Below, piece after piece: positions 30,021 to 40,046 of a DNA stretch of 64,000 nucleotides (positions are counted from its first letter, which is position 1; the number at the start of each line of letters is the position of its first letter). Below the pieces are notes generated by a model. The model was not told the DNA's origin. It searched no databases and saw only the letters and a program-made list of their open reading frames with translations. The stretch lies in the IMG/VR virus record IMGVR_UViG_3300047562_003246, positions 96,001 through 160,000 of that record, one strand, 5' to 3'. Origin of the DNA: a virus. Made by a program: the position numbers and the translations under genes.

Positions 30021-30068
30021 CTCAGTAATCACTTTTTGTTCACTCCACTTAGTCCAGGATCAAACCAA

Positions 30069-31277
30069 ATGTCAACAACAACAAAAAGCAATCACCCACT
30101 CGCAGATCTGTGTCTACCAGTCGAACAACTCTACGCAGAAGACCACATCTACCAACTTGTATCCTCGCAAAAACTAATCCAAGCTATTCCGACTCTAGAA
30201 CACTACATACCGCAAGTGCTATTCATGCACTCGAACCAACCAGAACTAACCAATCTGTACCTGCAGGCAATGCTGCTAAAGCACCAAAACCAAAATCTAG
30301 ATTTAACTCAGCCACTTCAAAAACTTCACTTAACAGCCGAGCAGTTCAGCAAGCTCGATCAGTACATCGCCGTCATTCCTAAATGGGTCTACCCACCACA
30401 AACAAAAGCACTCAAAATGACAACGCCGCCTGATTGTCATCCAGTTGTCGAACCGATTTACCAGTTCGCGCAGCTTCTAGACATGCCTGCCTCGGGTACC
30501 TACGCCCAAGACTACATGGACGATCAGCAATACACGATATTTATGCAAAGTCAAAAACCTGAAACGAGTCAATTCAAAAAACATCTGGTGACCAGGATCT
30601 TCGAAACACTCCACAACCAGTACGCTACAAACAATCCGGTTTACAGCAAAAGATATTTCTTGCGAACAGAAACAGATCTGGCACTGTACTCTTTACAGGG
30701 CTCCTCACGTATTACTGAAACCCAATTAAACACAGTACAAGATTTGCTTTATGCAGAGAACGTACTGACCCGTAAAGAACATCTTATGGACTACCGGCCA
30801 CTGAAGTTCATTCGGTTTTTGCTTGCAAGCAGACGCTATTTCTGCTTTGAGTTTTATAGGGTTTCACTTCATCGTGTCTGGTCGAGTAACAATCCATCTT
30901 TGTTCAGCGAGATTGACTACTCGAAACCAGAGAAAATTACACAGCAGTTATTTCATAACCTCGATAACATGCGTCAAGACTTCGAACTTGAAGTCACTTA
31001 TGATCGTCAGAAATTTCATGAACTTACTACAGGAAAAATCACTGCACAGCAAGCTGCAGAGACAACCCTGTCGGCAGATCTAGATGCTTATCCGGCAAAT
31101 AATCTGACCGTGACTCTGCCGATGTGTACAGCCACAACCAACGCAGTAGCCTTGCTGTTTAGTTTGGCGTCTCAGTTGCCTAAGTACACCATGTACCATT
31201 CGTACTTGGCTAAAGACTTCAAAACCCTTCAGCAAAACCTGGAACAACCCACGATGACCGTAAGCTCCGTTTTGTAG
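30069..31277 (+). CDS. hypothetical protein
   Basis: ORF 30036..31277, ATG at 30069; its TAG stop lies inside a 20-bp palindrome. Confidence 0.65.
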   Translation: MSTTTKSNHPLADLCLPVEQLYAEDHIYQLVSSQKLIQAIPTLEHYIPQVLFMHSNQPELTNLYLQAMLLKHQNQNLDLTQPLQKLHLTAEQFSKLDQYIAVIPKWVYPPQTKALKMTTPPDCHPVVEPIYQFAQLLDMPASGTYAQDYMDDQQYTIFMQSQKPETSQFKKHLVTRIFETLHNQYATNNPVYSKRYFLRTETDLALYSLQGSSRITETQLNTVQDLLYAENVLTRKEHLMDYRPLKFIRFLLASRRYFCFEFYRVSLHRVWSSNNPSLFSEIDYSKPEKITQQLFHNLDNMRQDFELEVTYDRQKFHELTTGKITAQQAAETTLSADLDAYPANNLTVTLPMCTATTNAVALLFSLASQLPKYTMYHSYLAKDFKTLQQNLEQPTMTVSSVL

Positions 31278-31289
31278 GATCCTACAAAA
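31270..31289. repeat. perfect 20-bp palindrome TTTTGTAGGATCCTACAAAA (symmetric form of the dispersed motif)
   Basis: Read directly; core GTAGGATCCTAC at 31274..31285. Confidence 0.9.
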
Positions 31290-31334
31290 TAAAGCTCTTT
31301 AAAAGTTTACTTACACACACACGAGTTAAAACCC

Positions 31335-31568
31335 ATGACAAGAAAAACCTTTAGCGACCTGGACTTTATTAGCAACAAAGCAGCATGGCCAAACGGCGTA
31401 TGCTGCCTGCTCAAAGAAACTAGCTCAGGTCGCGAGTTTGGATTTCTACAAGCAAGCGACATCCAGCTCACTGTTAACCTGGGGATGATCTGGGAAGGAG
31501 GCACAGGCGAAACGAAAACCTATAACTCAGTAGAGGAGTTACTCTCTGACGGCTGGTTAGTAGACTAG
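31335..31568 (+). CDS. small hypothetical protein
   Basis: 77 aa ORF ending YNSVEELLSDGWLVD. Confidence 0.6.
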   Translation: MTRKTFSDLDFISNKAAWPNGVCCLLKETSSGREFGFLQASDIQLTVNLGMIWEGGTGETKTYNSVEELLSDGWLVD

Positions 31569-31606
31569 CGATAATAGACTAACCTAGCTAAATAGGCCCC
31601 AGCGTA

Positions 31607-32281
31607 ATGAGCAAAATAAAACGACTAAGAAAATCCTTAGTTAAATCTAACCAAGATATTAGTACTACTAGAACAATAAAAGATTTACTTCTTGCGCTAG
31701 GTTATTCTCAAGCACTGTTCGACGTGGTTGTAATCACGGACGGTAGTGGGTCAAGCTGGCCAAAACCTACAGGATCAGCTGCCCTTGTTGCTGTTAGACA
31801 TCAAGAAGAAATTTTATTACATAGTTCTAGTAGTGCAGGTACTAACCAGACCGCAGAACTTGATGCGGTCTGTCTTGCAATGAGATACCTTTTAAGTCAG
31901 AATCATCACAAACAAAAGAAAGGATGCCGAGTACTTGTAATCACTGATAGTTTGCTGGTAGAAAATACTCTTAAGGGTATTGCAGAAGATCCAATCAAGT
32001 TGTATAACAATGCGACTTATTGTGACGTAGTATCGGGACTGCTAGCTATGGCTAGAAGAGGGTTCCGATATAGTGTGCATAGGTTCAGCCGAAATATTTC
32101 TCCTATGCATGCCGCAGTCGACGCCGCCAGTCGAGCCGCCCGATTGCAACAAGACGTACGAAGTGCTTATGATGTAGCACTTCAAAAGACACCTCAATCA
32201 AATCGAAGGAAAAACAATGCCAAAGAAAGGCAGCACCAAAGCACCGAAGAAGCTCGATCCAAAAAGCGTAGAACCCAATAA
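31607..32281 (+). CDS. rnhA: ribonuclease H (RNase HI-like)
   Basis: VITDGSG, TNQTAEL, VITDS and AAVDAAS give the D-E-D-D catalytic set. Confidence 0.8.
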   Translation: MSKIKRLRKSLVKSNQDISTTRTIKDLLLALGYSQALFDVVVITDGSGSSWPKPTGSAALVAVRHQEEILLHSSSSAGTNQTAELDAVCLAMRYLLSQNHHKQKKGCRVLVITDSLLVENTLKGIAEDPIKLYNNATYCDVVSGLLAMARRGFRYSVHRFSRNISPMHAAVDAASRAARLQQDVRSAYDVALQKTPQSNRRKNNAKERQHQSTEEARSKKRRTQ

Positions 32282-33227
32282 GTACCTGTATTCTGTAGCG
32301 CAGGATCCTACGACTAAAAGACTACGTGTCAACGCGATTTACTTTCCAGAGATAGGCAATGGCCCTTGTGTACCTTGCGGGGTCGTACTTGTGCTCGACA
32401 AGTCCATGAGTAAGATCTCAAGGGCTGGGTTAGATCCGACTGTTCCGTTTGGTACCGTCAAGCTTTTGCCATTTGAGCAAAAAGAACCAGCAGCTGAAAC
32501 AATCATGCTGACGCTGAATAGTTTCAGTTGCGAAGTTTTCCCAGAAGGTGAAATCAATTTCTTGATGGCGGCATCGGCATACGGACTAATCGTTTCGGCT
32601 CCCGAGGCTCAGCCGGTGGCAGAAGCTAAGCCAGAAACCAAGAAGGGTAAGAAAGCCAAGGAAGAAGAAGTCGTCGAGGAAGAAGAGCTAACCGACGACG
32701 ATGACCTGCAGGAAGAAGAGTCAGAAGAATCCGACGATAGCGAAGATGCTGATGACGATGATGACTCGGATGATGATGACTCGGATGATGATGACTCGGA
32801 TGATGATGACGCAGACGATGATGACTCGGATGATGATGATGATTCAGATGATGATTCAGATGATGACTCGGATGATGACTCGGATGACGATGATGACTCA
32901 GACGATGATGATGAGTACGAAGAAGAGGATGATGACTCGGATGATGACTCAGATGATGATGACTCAGACGATGAAGATTCAGACGATGACGATTCAGATG
33001 ATGATGACGACGATGCTGATGCTGATGATGAGGACGAAGAGATTGTGGAGTTCACCCCAGCAGAACTTAAGAAGATGCTGAAGAAGGTTAAGAACGCCGC
33101 AACAGTTAAGGTCCTCGAAGACATCGCCGAAGAGTTGGGAGAGGAGCTTCCAGCCAACGTCAAGTTGCCGAAGGCAAAGAAGCTTTTGATCGCAGTGATT
33201 GAAGGCGAGTTAAGCGCTGAAGAGTAA
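32217..33227 (+). CDS. protein with a very long Asp-rich tract and a small helical C-terminal domain
   Basis: About 125 mostly D/E/S residues (32661-33042); C-terminus VKVLEDIAEELGEELPANVKLPKAKKLLIAVIE resembles helix-extended-helix/Rho-N-like modules. Confidence 0.65.
   Translation: MPKKGSTKAPKKLDPKSVEPNKYLYSVAQDPTTKRLRVNAIYFPEIGNGPCVPCGVVLVLDKSMSKISRAGLDPTVPFGTVKLLPFEQKEPAAETIMLTLNSFSCEVFPEGEINFLMAASAYGLIVSAPEAQPVAEAKPETKKGKKAKEEEVVEEEELTDDDDLQEEESEESDDSEDADDDDDSDDDDSDDDDSDDDDADDDDSDDDDDSDDDSDDDSDDDSDDDDDSDDDDEYEEEDDDSDDDSDDDDSDDEDSDDDDSDDDDDDADADDEDEEIVEFTPAELKKMLKKVKNAATVKVLEDIAEELGEELPANVKLPKAKKLLIAVIEGELSAEE
32298..32311 (+). repeat. dispersed motif, exact copy
   Basis: In CDS 32217..33227, read as A-Q-D-P-T. 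Confidence 0.9.
32750..33030 (+). repeat. degenerate tandem repeat GATGATGATGACTCG/A (DDDDS)n
   Basis: Read directly. Confidence 0.85.
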
Positions 33228-33271
33228 ATGCTGTTTCAGTAGGTTTTACGTTTAAAAGATTTATGATCTTT

Positions 33272-33310
33272 AAGGGCGGTCACTCGGAAGAGTAGCCGCC
33301 CTTTTTTTTT
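33272..33310 (+). terminator. rho-independent terminator
   Basis: AAGGGCGG..ACTC-ggaa-GAGT..CCGCCCTT followed by a T run. Confidence 0.85.
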
Positions 33311-33345
33311 CTCGCGCGTGAACCAGCGTTTTAGTTGAGGTCAGC

Positions 33346-33519
33346 ATGGAGAATCGTAACTCGGTAATACTTACCAAGGCACAGTACGATTACTTATTAC
33401 CTGCTATGCCAAATAAGTTGCTATGCAGGAGATTGAAGTATTTCGATGAGTATTATTTCATAGGTACCGCCGATGAAATTTTTGATATGCGACGGCGGTT
33501 AATCGGTTTATCTTGGTAG
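33346..33519 (+). CDS. small hypothetical protein (57 aa, absent from the ORF track)
   Basis: GAGG Shine-Dalgarno, ATG at 33346, reads MENRNSVILTKAQYDYLLP..LIGLSW to a TAG stop; fills the gap before sbcD. Confidence 0.55.
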   Translation: MENRNSVILTKAQYDYLLPAMPNKLLCRRLKYFDEYYFIGTADEIFDMRRRLIGLSW

Positions 33520-33530
33520 AGCTAAAAACT

Positions 33531-34706
33531 ATGTCAAACAAAAAACAATTCCTGGTACTGTCTGATTCACACTTAGACTTATTGATGTACCAGGACGATG
33601 AAGAACTCATCTATGATTCTTTCGTCGCTTTTGCTCAGTGTATCAGTATTGCCATAGAAAAAGAGTCGCACATTGTCGCCGGTGGAGACATCATTGAGTG
33701 CAACTATGCTGATTACCCGATGCCGATAGTGTTATCGTTTCTTGCTAAGCAATTAAAGCGACTAGAAGAAGCGAACTTGAAGTTTTACTACATCAACGGT
33801 CAGCATGATCGCAAACGTAATAATCTGAGCTTCCCAGAATCAATTAACAGTCGAGTAGCTGTTAATATTCATCTAAAAGAAGTCAACATATCTGGAATAA
33901 ACGTCGTAGGTATAGACTCGGTTAACTCGCATCATTTACCCGCACACCTTGAGGCAGCGGCGGACTTAACAAAAGATCCAAATTGTTTGCTGTTAACGCA
34001 TCAACGTTGGAAGCAGTTCTTGAATTTTAAAAATTCGTATGATGCATCTTTTGATATCGTGCCTCATAAGTTTCACACGATGATCACCGGCGACATGCAC
34101 ACAGCCAAGCTTGTGCGGTTTAATTCGACTAATGAAGAGAAAGCCAGAGCTGTGCCGCTGCGAGTGCTCAGTCCTGGTGCTACCTGTAGGCGTACTAGCC
34201 GCGAGCCTGATAAACATTACTGCTGGTTAGTTTCGCTAACTGGTAATAAGTTTGACTTCAAAAAGTTCAAGTTGTTCACCAGACTTGCAGAGCGTTTTGA
34301 ACTGAACGATATTGATGATTTTGATTTGTTGGTAGGCACTTACCAAAAGATTATTGAAAAGCTTAAACCTAAGATTGAAAAGTTACCGCCTAGAATTGCA
34401 AAGCCGGTGGCTTTCTTATCAGGCACAGCTACAGGTGATGTTTTTCGAGCAGCCAGTGAACTACTCTCTCCTTACTTTCATGTTAGAAGTACAGGCAGAG
34501 AGGTCAGAAACACCATTGATACACCGGAGCTGTTCGAAACAACCGAAAAAACATACAGTCCGTTATCTGTAGTATCGCTGGTCGATAAAGTAACTGACGA
34601 CAGTAAAGTTCAAAGTTTTATTCGTGGCGGATTACAGCACCGAAACTTTGATGACTTTTTAAATAGATGGGAAAAGAATGAGAATCAAAACCGCAACGCT
34701 AAGTAA
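33531..34706 (+). CDS. sbcD: SbcD/Mre11-like metallophosphoesterase nuclease
   Basis: LSDSH, GGDIIE, INGQHD, THQ, GDMH and SPG motifs; adjacent to the SbcC-like ATPase. Confidence 0.85.
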   Translation: MSNKKQFLVLSDSHLDLLMYQDDEELIYDSFVAFAQCISIAIEKESHIVAGGDIIECNYADYPMPIVLSFLAKQLKRLEEANLKFYYINGQHDRKRNNLSFPESINSRVAVNIHLKEVNISGINVVGIDSVNSHHLPAHLEAAADLTKDPNCLLLTHQRWKQFLNFKNSYDASFDIVPHKFHTMITGDMHTAKLVRFNSTNEEKARAVPLRVLSPGATCRRTSREPDKHYCWLVSLTGNKFDFKKFKLFTRLAERFELNDIDDFDLLVGTYQKIIEKLKPKIEKLPPRIAKPVAFLSGTATGDVFRAASELLSPYFHVRSTGREVRNTIDTPELFETTEKTYSPLSVVSLVDKVTDDSKVQSFIRGGLQHRNFDDFLNRWEKNENQNRNAK

Positions 34707-36804
34707 TTACTGTCAGCACAGATTGCGAGAGCTTAACTTCGAAGCAGGCGTAACTTTTATCACAGGGCTCATAGGTTCTGGTAAGAGTAACGCTTTTAGA
34801 GGTATTCGAGGAACGTTGACGGGCGATTTCGAATCCAGGAAAGTAGGAGGCAAACAGGAAGATATTACCTACGGGTTAGAGTCTGGTACAGACGGCTACG
34901 TCAAGACCGAGTGGGAGCTTGACAATAATATGATTGTTTCGATTAAACGAAATATCATTAATACGGGGTCAGCCGAGATTCATTTGATTGATCCAAAAAA
35001 TCACACAATAGCTGAGCATCATCGCGGTAAAGAAACAGAGGCAACCGATCACATCACTAGACTGACGGGGCTAAATAATCAAGTCATTCAAAATTGCATG
35101 TTTATTGGTCAACGTAAAACTGCTGAGATATTTTCGGCGACCCCCAGTCAACGTGTAGACACACTAATTCACTTAACTGATGCCATGCTTGCTAGGGAGT
35201 TTGCAGCAAGTATTCGCAAGAGGTTAACACGATTACAGATATTCGCGGAAGAATATGACGAGACAGCTGTAACGGTTACGAATCAAAATTACGTAGAGCT
35301 GCGAGACAAATACGAAGTAATCAGTAAAAAACTAAACAGTCTGAAGGAACAGCTGCTTGTACCCATTGTTAGGTCTCAGCTTGAACGAGTTGTTAGTCAG
35401 TATGAAACTCGGACAGCAGCCGAAAAAGCTGTAAAGATCGCAACAAGTAAGTCAGCCAAACTTAAAGTTGTTATCGAAAAGAAGCAAGCCAAGATAAGTA
35501 AGCTGGAAAAAGCAAAAGAAAAACTGACCAGACAACTAGCAAAAGCCAAAGAAGTCTACCAAGCTAGCCTAACTGTCTACAACAACCACAAACAGATTAA
35601 CGAGTCTGTCACCGCATATGAGGAAGCGCAGAAGATATTACAAGTACCGTCTCCAGAGCCTCCACAACCGGTAACTTACTCTAAGCACGTACTGAGCGAT
35701 TCTTCTGAGATCAAGAAAAGTATTCGAGATATTGTTAAGCAGATCGACGAGTGTACAAGCCTGCTCAATATGCACAAAGATAAAGTTTGTGTAACCTGCA
35801 AACGTCCATTCAAAATAACAGACGAGCAGGCTGATAAAGCTAGAGCGGATATTAACAAACTCAAGCCGCAGCTTAATGCCTTAAATGATATTGCTGATGA
35901 TTTTGAACAATTTAAGTTAGATACTGAATTATACAAAAGGGAGCTTAATACTTGGAAAACAAACAGGGACAAAGCCAAGCAGTTGGTTGCGAAGTATTCC
36001 ACTAAGCCGGAAAGGGTTAGCGTAGTTTCGCCAAGTAAGGACGAAGTTAACGAAATAGAACAAAAGCTGAAAGACCTTAACAAGAAGTTTGAACAAGGTA
36101 GAGATTCACTAGATAGTCTGATCGTCAGGTTGAACGAGCACATGACTACGATCAAGATTAAGAAAGAGACAGTAGCAAAAACAGATAATGTATCGAAATC
36201 AGCAGCAATCCAGGCTAAGAAAACACTGGAGTCGCAACAGCAAATAGCAACAGAAGTTGAAGAGCTTACAGAGACATATATCGATATGCGTAGTAAGCTT
36301 GCCGTTAGGGTTCAGTCTTTGCGAGCGGCGCTGGCTGCGAAACGAAAGTTCCAGAAAGTAGGGCCGAAGCTAGAGTTTTTATCAGTAGCCAATAAAGTTT
36401 GCTCAAAGTTACCAGAAAGGTCAGTAGCCGAGTTTGCTCGATTTATGGAGCCGTCAATCAATGCCAAGTTAGAACAGTTTGGTATGGATTTTCAGTTGTC
36501 AGTGGACGAGTCATTTGAGTTCAGTGTCACAAGGAATGGGCATACGTTTATGCACAAACGAATGTCAGGAGGGCAGTCGTGTGTATCAGGTTTGGCGTTT
36601 TGGTTGTCTGTAGCTGAGGTAGCTGGTATTGATTGCTTGTTTATGGACGAACCAATTGATGGTTTGGATCCAACGGCAAGAGCATTATTACCTTCGGTGT
36701 TCTCAAATATTGATTCGGCTTTCCGGCAACAAGGAAAGCAGTTAATCGTGGTGACGCACTATCCTCAGTTAGCAGTCGTCGGACAAAGGATTCATTTCAA
36801 TTAA
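34678..36804 (+). CDS. sbcC: SbcC/Rad50-like SMC ATPase
   Basis: Walker A GLIGSGKS, coiled coils with CVTC zinc hook, signature MSGGQ, Walker B FMDEP, H-loop VVTH. Confidence 0.92.
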   Translation: MRIKTATLSNYCQHRLRELNFEAGVTFITGLIGSGKSNAFRGIRGTLTGDFESRKVGGKQEDITYGLESGTDGYVKTEWELDNNMIVSIKRNIINTGSAEIHLIDPKNHTIAEHHRGKETEATDHITRLTGLNNQVIQNCMFIGQRKTAEIFSATPSQRVDTLIHLTDAMLAREFAASIRKRLTRLQIFAEEYDETAVTVTNQNYVELRDKYEVISKKLNSLKEQLLVPIVRSQLERVVSQYETRTAAEKAVKIATSKSAKLKVVIEKKQAKISKLEKAKEKLTRQLAKAKEVYQASLTVYNNHKQINESVTAYEEAQKILQVPSPEPPQPVTYSKHVLSDSSEIKKSIRDIVKQIDECTSLLNMHKDKVCVTCKRPFKITDEQADKARADINKLKPQLNALNDIADDFEQFKLDTELYKRELNTWKTNRDKAKQLVAKYSTKPERVSVVSPSKDEVNEIEQKLKDLNKKFEQGRDSLDSLIVRLNEHMTTIKIKKETVAKTDNVSKSAAIQAKKTLESQQQIATEVEELTETYIDMRSKLAVRVQSLRAALAAKRKFQKVGPKLEFLSVANKVCSKLPERSVAEFARFMEPSINAKLEQFGMDFQLSVDESFEFSVTRNGHTFMHKRMSGGQSCVSGLAFWLSVAEVAGIDCLFMDEPIDGLDPTARALLPSVFSNIDSAFRQQGKQLIVVTHYPQLAVVGQRIHFN

Positions 36805-36813
36805 GGAAAGATA

Positions 36814-37827
36814 ATGACTCGCGTGGGTTCTATTGTGATGAACCAAGGGTTTTCAACGTTTTTAGTATGGAGCGCGTACAACGATAAGAAAGTAGTTTGT
36901 GGCATGGAGGACGCCGTGTCGTTGTCGAAACAGGCGTTTGAAGATGGACTTGATGTGTGTTATACGTTTTCGCCTGCTTTACTTTATAGGTCCCTTGGAT
37001 CGAATTATTTCAACGGTGCGATCGCACTGGATATGGCGAGACAGTACGTTGCTAGTACATCTCGACATGAGACAGGAGAATTGTATAGCTCTTGTTGCGT
37101 TTCAAATACGGTTCCGAGCGTATTTGAAATTTTTGACATGATCAACAACAACAAAGATAAAAGGACAAAGATGTCGGACGATACATTACAGCTAGCTAAG
37201 TTTATTGCAAATTTCGACAGTAATGAACTTGCAAAAACTAATGATCTTGGCATATCACAACCAGATATCACTTCCAAAGCTTTTACAGCAAAAGAGTTGG
37301 TTGATACGATCAGGCCATTACTACCGGTTACAGCAGGACTGCTGGAGTTGGCACATAATACAAACTTGCAGATGGCTTTCTGTCGCGTGTGTCGTTACAT
37401 TTTTGACCCTCGCAGATTTATCGAGAGTCAGCTGCGATTGCACGAAATCAATACGCATACGCAGTCACTGCTTGATGATGCTATTGCTGCTACTAAACGT
37501 AGCGTGCATAACATCTATACAGATGCTTTGTTAGGTAAGAAACAAGATAAGGCTGTGTCCGCTAGTTGGTCGTTGCCTTTATCGTTTTTGACTAATAGTT
37601 TGGACTTGCTGATACACTCTGAGCTGATATACAATAGTCCATCTTTTGTGGATGGCGAGTTGACTGAAACGGCGAAACGAGTCGCAGTTATACCTTCGCT
37701 GATTGTTGCTGAGATAGCTGCAAACATTTGTACTCATGGTGAGATTTCACAGGAAGTTTTAAATGGGATTGACGCGACCTACAGGAAGGAATACCGACAA
37801 CGATACGTCGTTGTCCATCAGGTCTAA
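36814..37827 (+). CDS. hypothetical protein
   Basis: 337 aa ORF in the replication cluster. Confidence 0.6.
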   Translation: MTRVGSIVMNQGFSTFLVWSAYNDKKVVCGMEDAVSLSKQAFEDGLDVCYTFSPALLYRSLGSNYFNGAIALDMARQYVASTSRHETGELYSSCCVSNTVPSVFEIFDMINNNKDKRTKMSDDTLQLAKFIANFDSNELAKTNDLGISQPDITSKAFTAKELVDTIRPLLPVTAGLLELAHNTNLQMAFCRVCRYIFDPRRFIESQLRLHEINTHTQSLLDDAIAATKRSVHNIYTDALLGKKQDKAVSASWSLPLSFLTNSLDLLIHSELIYNSPSFVDGELTETAKRVAVIPSLIVAEIAANICTHGEISQEVLNGIDATYRKEYRQRYVVVHQV

Positions 37828-39475
37828 CGCAGTACCTGGAGGCCAGCATAAAAAGAAAGATGTTAAAAAGCAGAAGTTAACAGAGCATGAAAGGAAAAAG
37901 AAAAAGTATGACTTTGATGTGCCGAAAGATATAAAACGTTCCGGCACGATCAAAATTAATCGAGAGTACAACGTTCTTCGTATTCCGCCTATGGACATGG
38001 AAGTCACTAGCTGTGTACTTCGGTTGCTTTCTTTTAGGTTGATGTATTTTGATAATTCGCAGCAGTCGATGGACTTCGAGACCGTCGACTGCTACGCCGT
38101 AATAGACATAGGCGGCAAACCATTTATCATCTGTGCCGCAGGAATACTTACAGAACTAAAATCTCTGCTCAAAAAAATTGGCTACAAAGTTATTGTCCGA
38201 GATGTAACGAAGTATCCAGCCAATATTGAAAAGCGGCTTAGGATCAACGAAAAAGTTTTTGCGAATACTTTGGGTAATCCTAGAGACTGGCAGCTTGAAT
38301 GTTTAGAGATGATTCAAAAGTTTCGCTGTGGGCAGTTTCACGTTTCTACAGGAGCAGGTAAGACAACTTTTATTACCGCAGTTATTAAAGCGGCACAGAA
38401 CGCTAGGATTCTATACGCGACTAAAGGTCGACAAGCTTTGATGACTGCGTACAACGCAGCGGTTGAAGCCGGTGTGATCGGTGCGCAGATTTATAAGTCA
38501 AACCACAATGTACGAAACAGCCGTGTTGTCTACTGTACAACAGGCAAGCTAGAGAACCTGATATTGAAAGGCGAGACATTTGACATAGTGTTCATTGATG
38601 AGCAGCACGAAACATGTACCGAGTTTCAAATTTCTAAAATAATACCACTACGAACAGCGAAGATATTTGCATTCTCGGCACAGTGGAGAGACAGGTCAGA
38701 CAACGCAGATAGATGGTCAGACATTGTTTATGGTCCATTGCGGTTTTCGAAGGCTTATGTTAGTAACGTCAAAGACGGTAACATTGTTGATGCAAAAATC
38801 ATATGGCGAGATACATCACACATCAGAATCAAAGGACTGGATGGTTTAACTAACTACGAGTTTTTAAAAGAAGCGATTTGTCTTAATCAAAAACGTAATG
38901 AGTTGATCGCTGAAGATGCTTTAAGACATGCTGACAGTCAAGTTCTGATTATGGTGTCTAAGACGATACACGCATTGGCACTGAAAAAATTGTTACCTCA
39001 TGCGATACTCGCTCATTTACCTTTAAATCCTGCTCAGGTTGAGCTATTTACAGATTTAGATCTTTTGCCTAAAGGATACCCGTTGATTCACGGATCAACT
39101 GATATTTTAAGATCGTACCGTGATTTGTTTAGCGTTGGTGCTATTAAACTAGCGATCGCTACTTCGATATGGTATCAGGCGGTCGACTTCCGACAGTGCG
39201 AGGTAGTCATTAGGGCAGAGGCTCAGCAGACAAAAATTAAGACTGATCAAATCATAGGCCGAGGCAGTCGAATTTGCGAAGCTATCGATAAGAAAGAAAT
39301 GTTGGTGTACGAGTACAACGATGTTTTCAATAATCGTACAAGTCGATGGGCTGCTAGGCGACAAAAGCTATACGAGGAGCATGGCTTTTCACAGTTATCG
39401 TTTCAAGATTGGTTAGAACAACAGAACGTGGAGTATGCGAAAACTAAACTCAAAAGACGAAGAGGTGCTAAGTAG
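37763..39475 (+). CDS. superfamily 2 helicase (UvsW-like)
   Basis: Q motif RDWQ, STGAGKT, FIDEQH, FSA, QIIGRGSR. Confidence 0.88.
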   Translation: MGLTRPTGRNTDNDTSLSIRSNAVPGGQHKKKDVKKQKLTEHERKKKKYDFDVPKDIKRSGTIKINREYNVLRIPPMDMEVTSCVLRLLSFRLMYFDNSQQSMDFETVDCYAVIDIGGKPFIICAAGILTELKSLLKKIGYKVIVRDVTKYPANIEKRLRINEKVFANTLGNPRDWQLECLEMIQKFRCGQFHVSTGAGKTTFITAVIKAAQNARILYATKGRQALMTAYNAAVEAGVIGAQIYKSNHNVRNSRVVYCTTGKLENLILKGETFDIVFIDEQHETCTEFQISKIIPLRTAKIFAFSAQWRDRSDNADRWSDIVYGPLRFSKAYVSNVKDGNIVDAKIIWRDTSHIRIKGLDGLTNYEFLKEAICLNQKRNELIAEDALRHADSQVLIMVSKTIHALALKKLLPHAILAHLPLNPAQVELFTDLDLLPKGYPLIHGSTDILRSYRDLFSVGAIKLAIATSIWYQAVDFRQCEVVIRAEAQQTKIKTDQIIGRGSRICEAIDKKEMLVYEYNDVFNNRTSRWAARRQKLYEEHGFSQLSFQDWLEQQNVEYAKTKLKRRRGAK

Positions 39476-40046
39476 ATTACTATTACTAAGTTATGCTGCG
39501 GAACATACGAGGCACCAGACCATAAGTAGACGTAACGTTGTTCCAGAGGATCATTGGGACCAGCAACATTTCCTAGGGTTGTTGAAAACATCACAACGAT
39601 TCGGCGTTAATCCGTTTCATGTGATTCGCGTTGAGTTTGCTAGCAGGGAAATAGGGGAACATCCGCCTGGAATAAAAAGTTTGTTCGTAAGTGGGCACAA
39701 GGTTCTTTACGAAGAACTATCTCAGGGCTGGAGAACAATGCTGTCGGATGTGCTGGTTAGCGAATGGAAGTCGTTAGTGCATTCGTTAGATTCATTTGCG
39801 TTTTCACTCGGTGTTGATAAGTGTGTAGCTACCAACATTCTTATAAGGCAGGGTGGGTTGTCGCCTCTATTTGCCTACGCTATGCTCTATACTCACGGTG
39901 AGCAATTACCTTCTAAGATTTACAGCGATGCTATAAGGCTTTTTTGTTTATCTCCAAAAGCCTGCAAACGTGCGGCAGAGCAAGTAGATCTTTTGATTCC
40001 AAAAAGTATTTCAAAATATGGCAAAGCAATTAGCAAAGTCGAATAG
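39435..40046 (+). CDS. hypothetical protein
   Basis: 203 aa ORF between the two helicases. Confidence 0.6.
   Translation: MRKLNSKDEEVLSRLLLLSYAAEHTRHQTISRRNVVPEDHWDQQHFLGLLKTSQRFGVNPFHVIRVEFASREIGEHPPGIKSLFVSGHKVLYEELSQGWRTMLSDVLVSEWKSLVHSLDSFAFSLGVDKCVATNILIRQGGLSPLFAYAMLYTHGEQLPSKIYSDAIRLFCLSPKACKRAAEQVDLLIPKSISKYGKAISKVE

Noticed and set aside
32609-33163. Long Ser-rich minus-strand ORF, and similar shadow ORFs at 16375-16758, 16447-16736, 32701-33081, 47337-47528 and 51844-52173
   Set aside because: These are antisense or alternate-frame shadows of the Asp-rich and collagen repeats, which lack stop codons in those frames.
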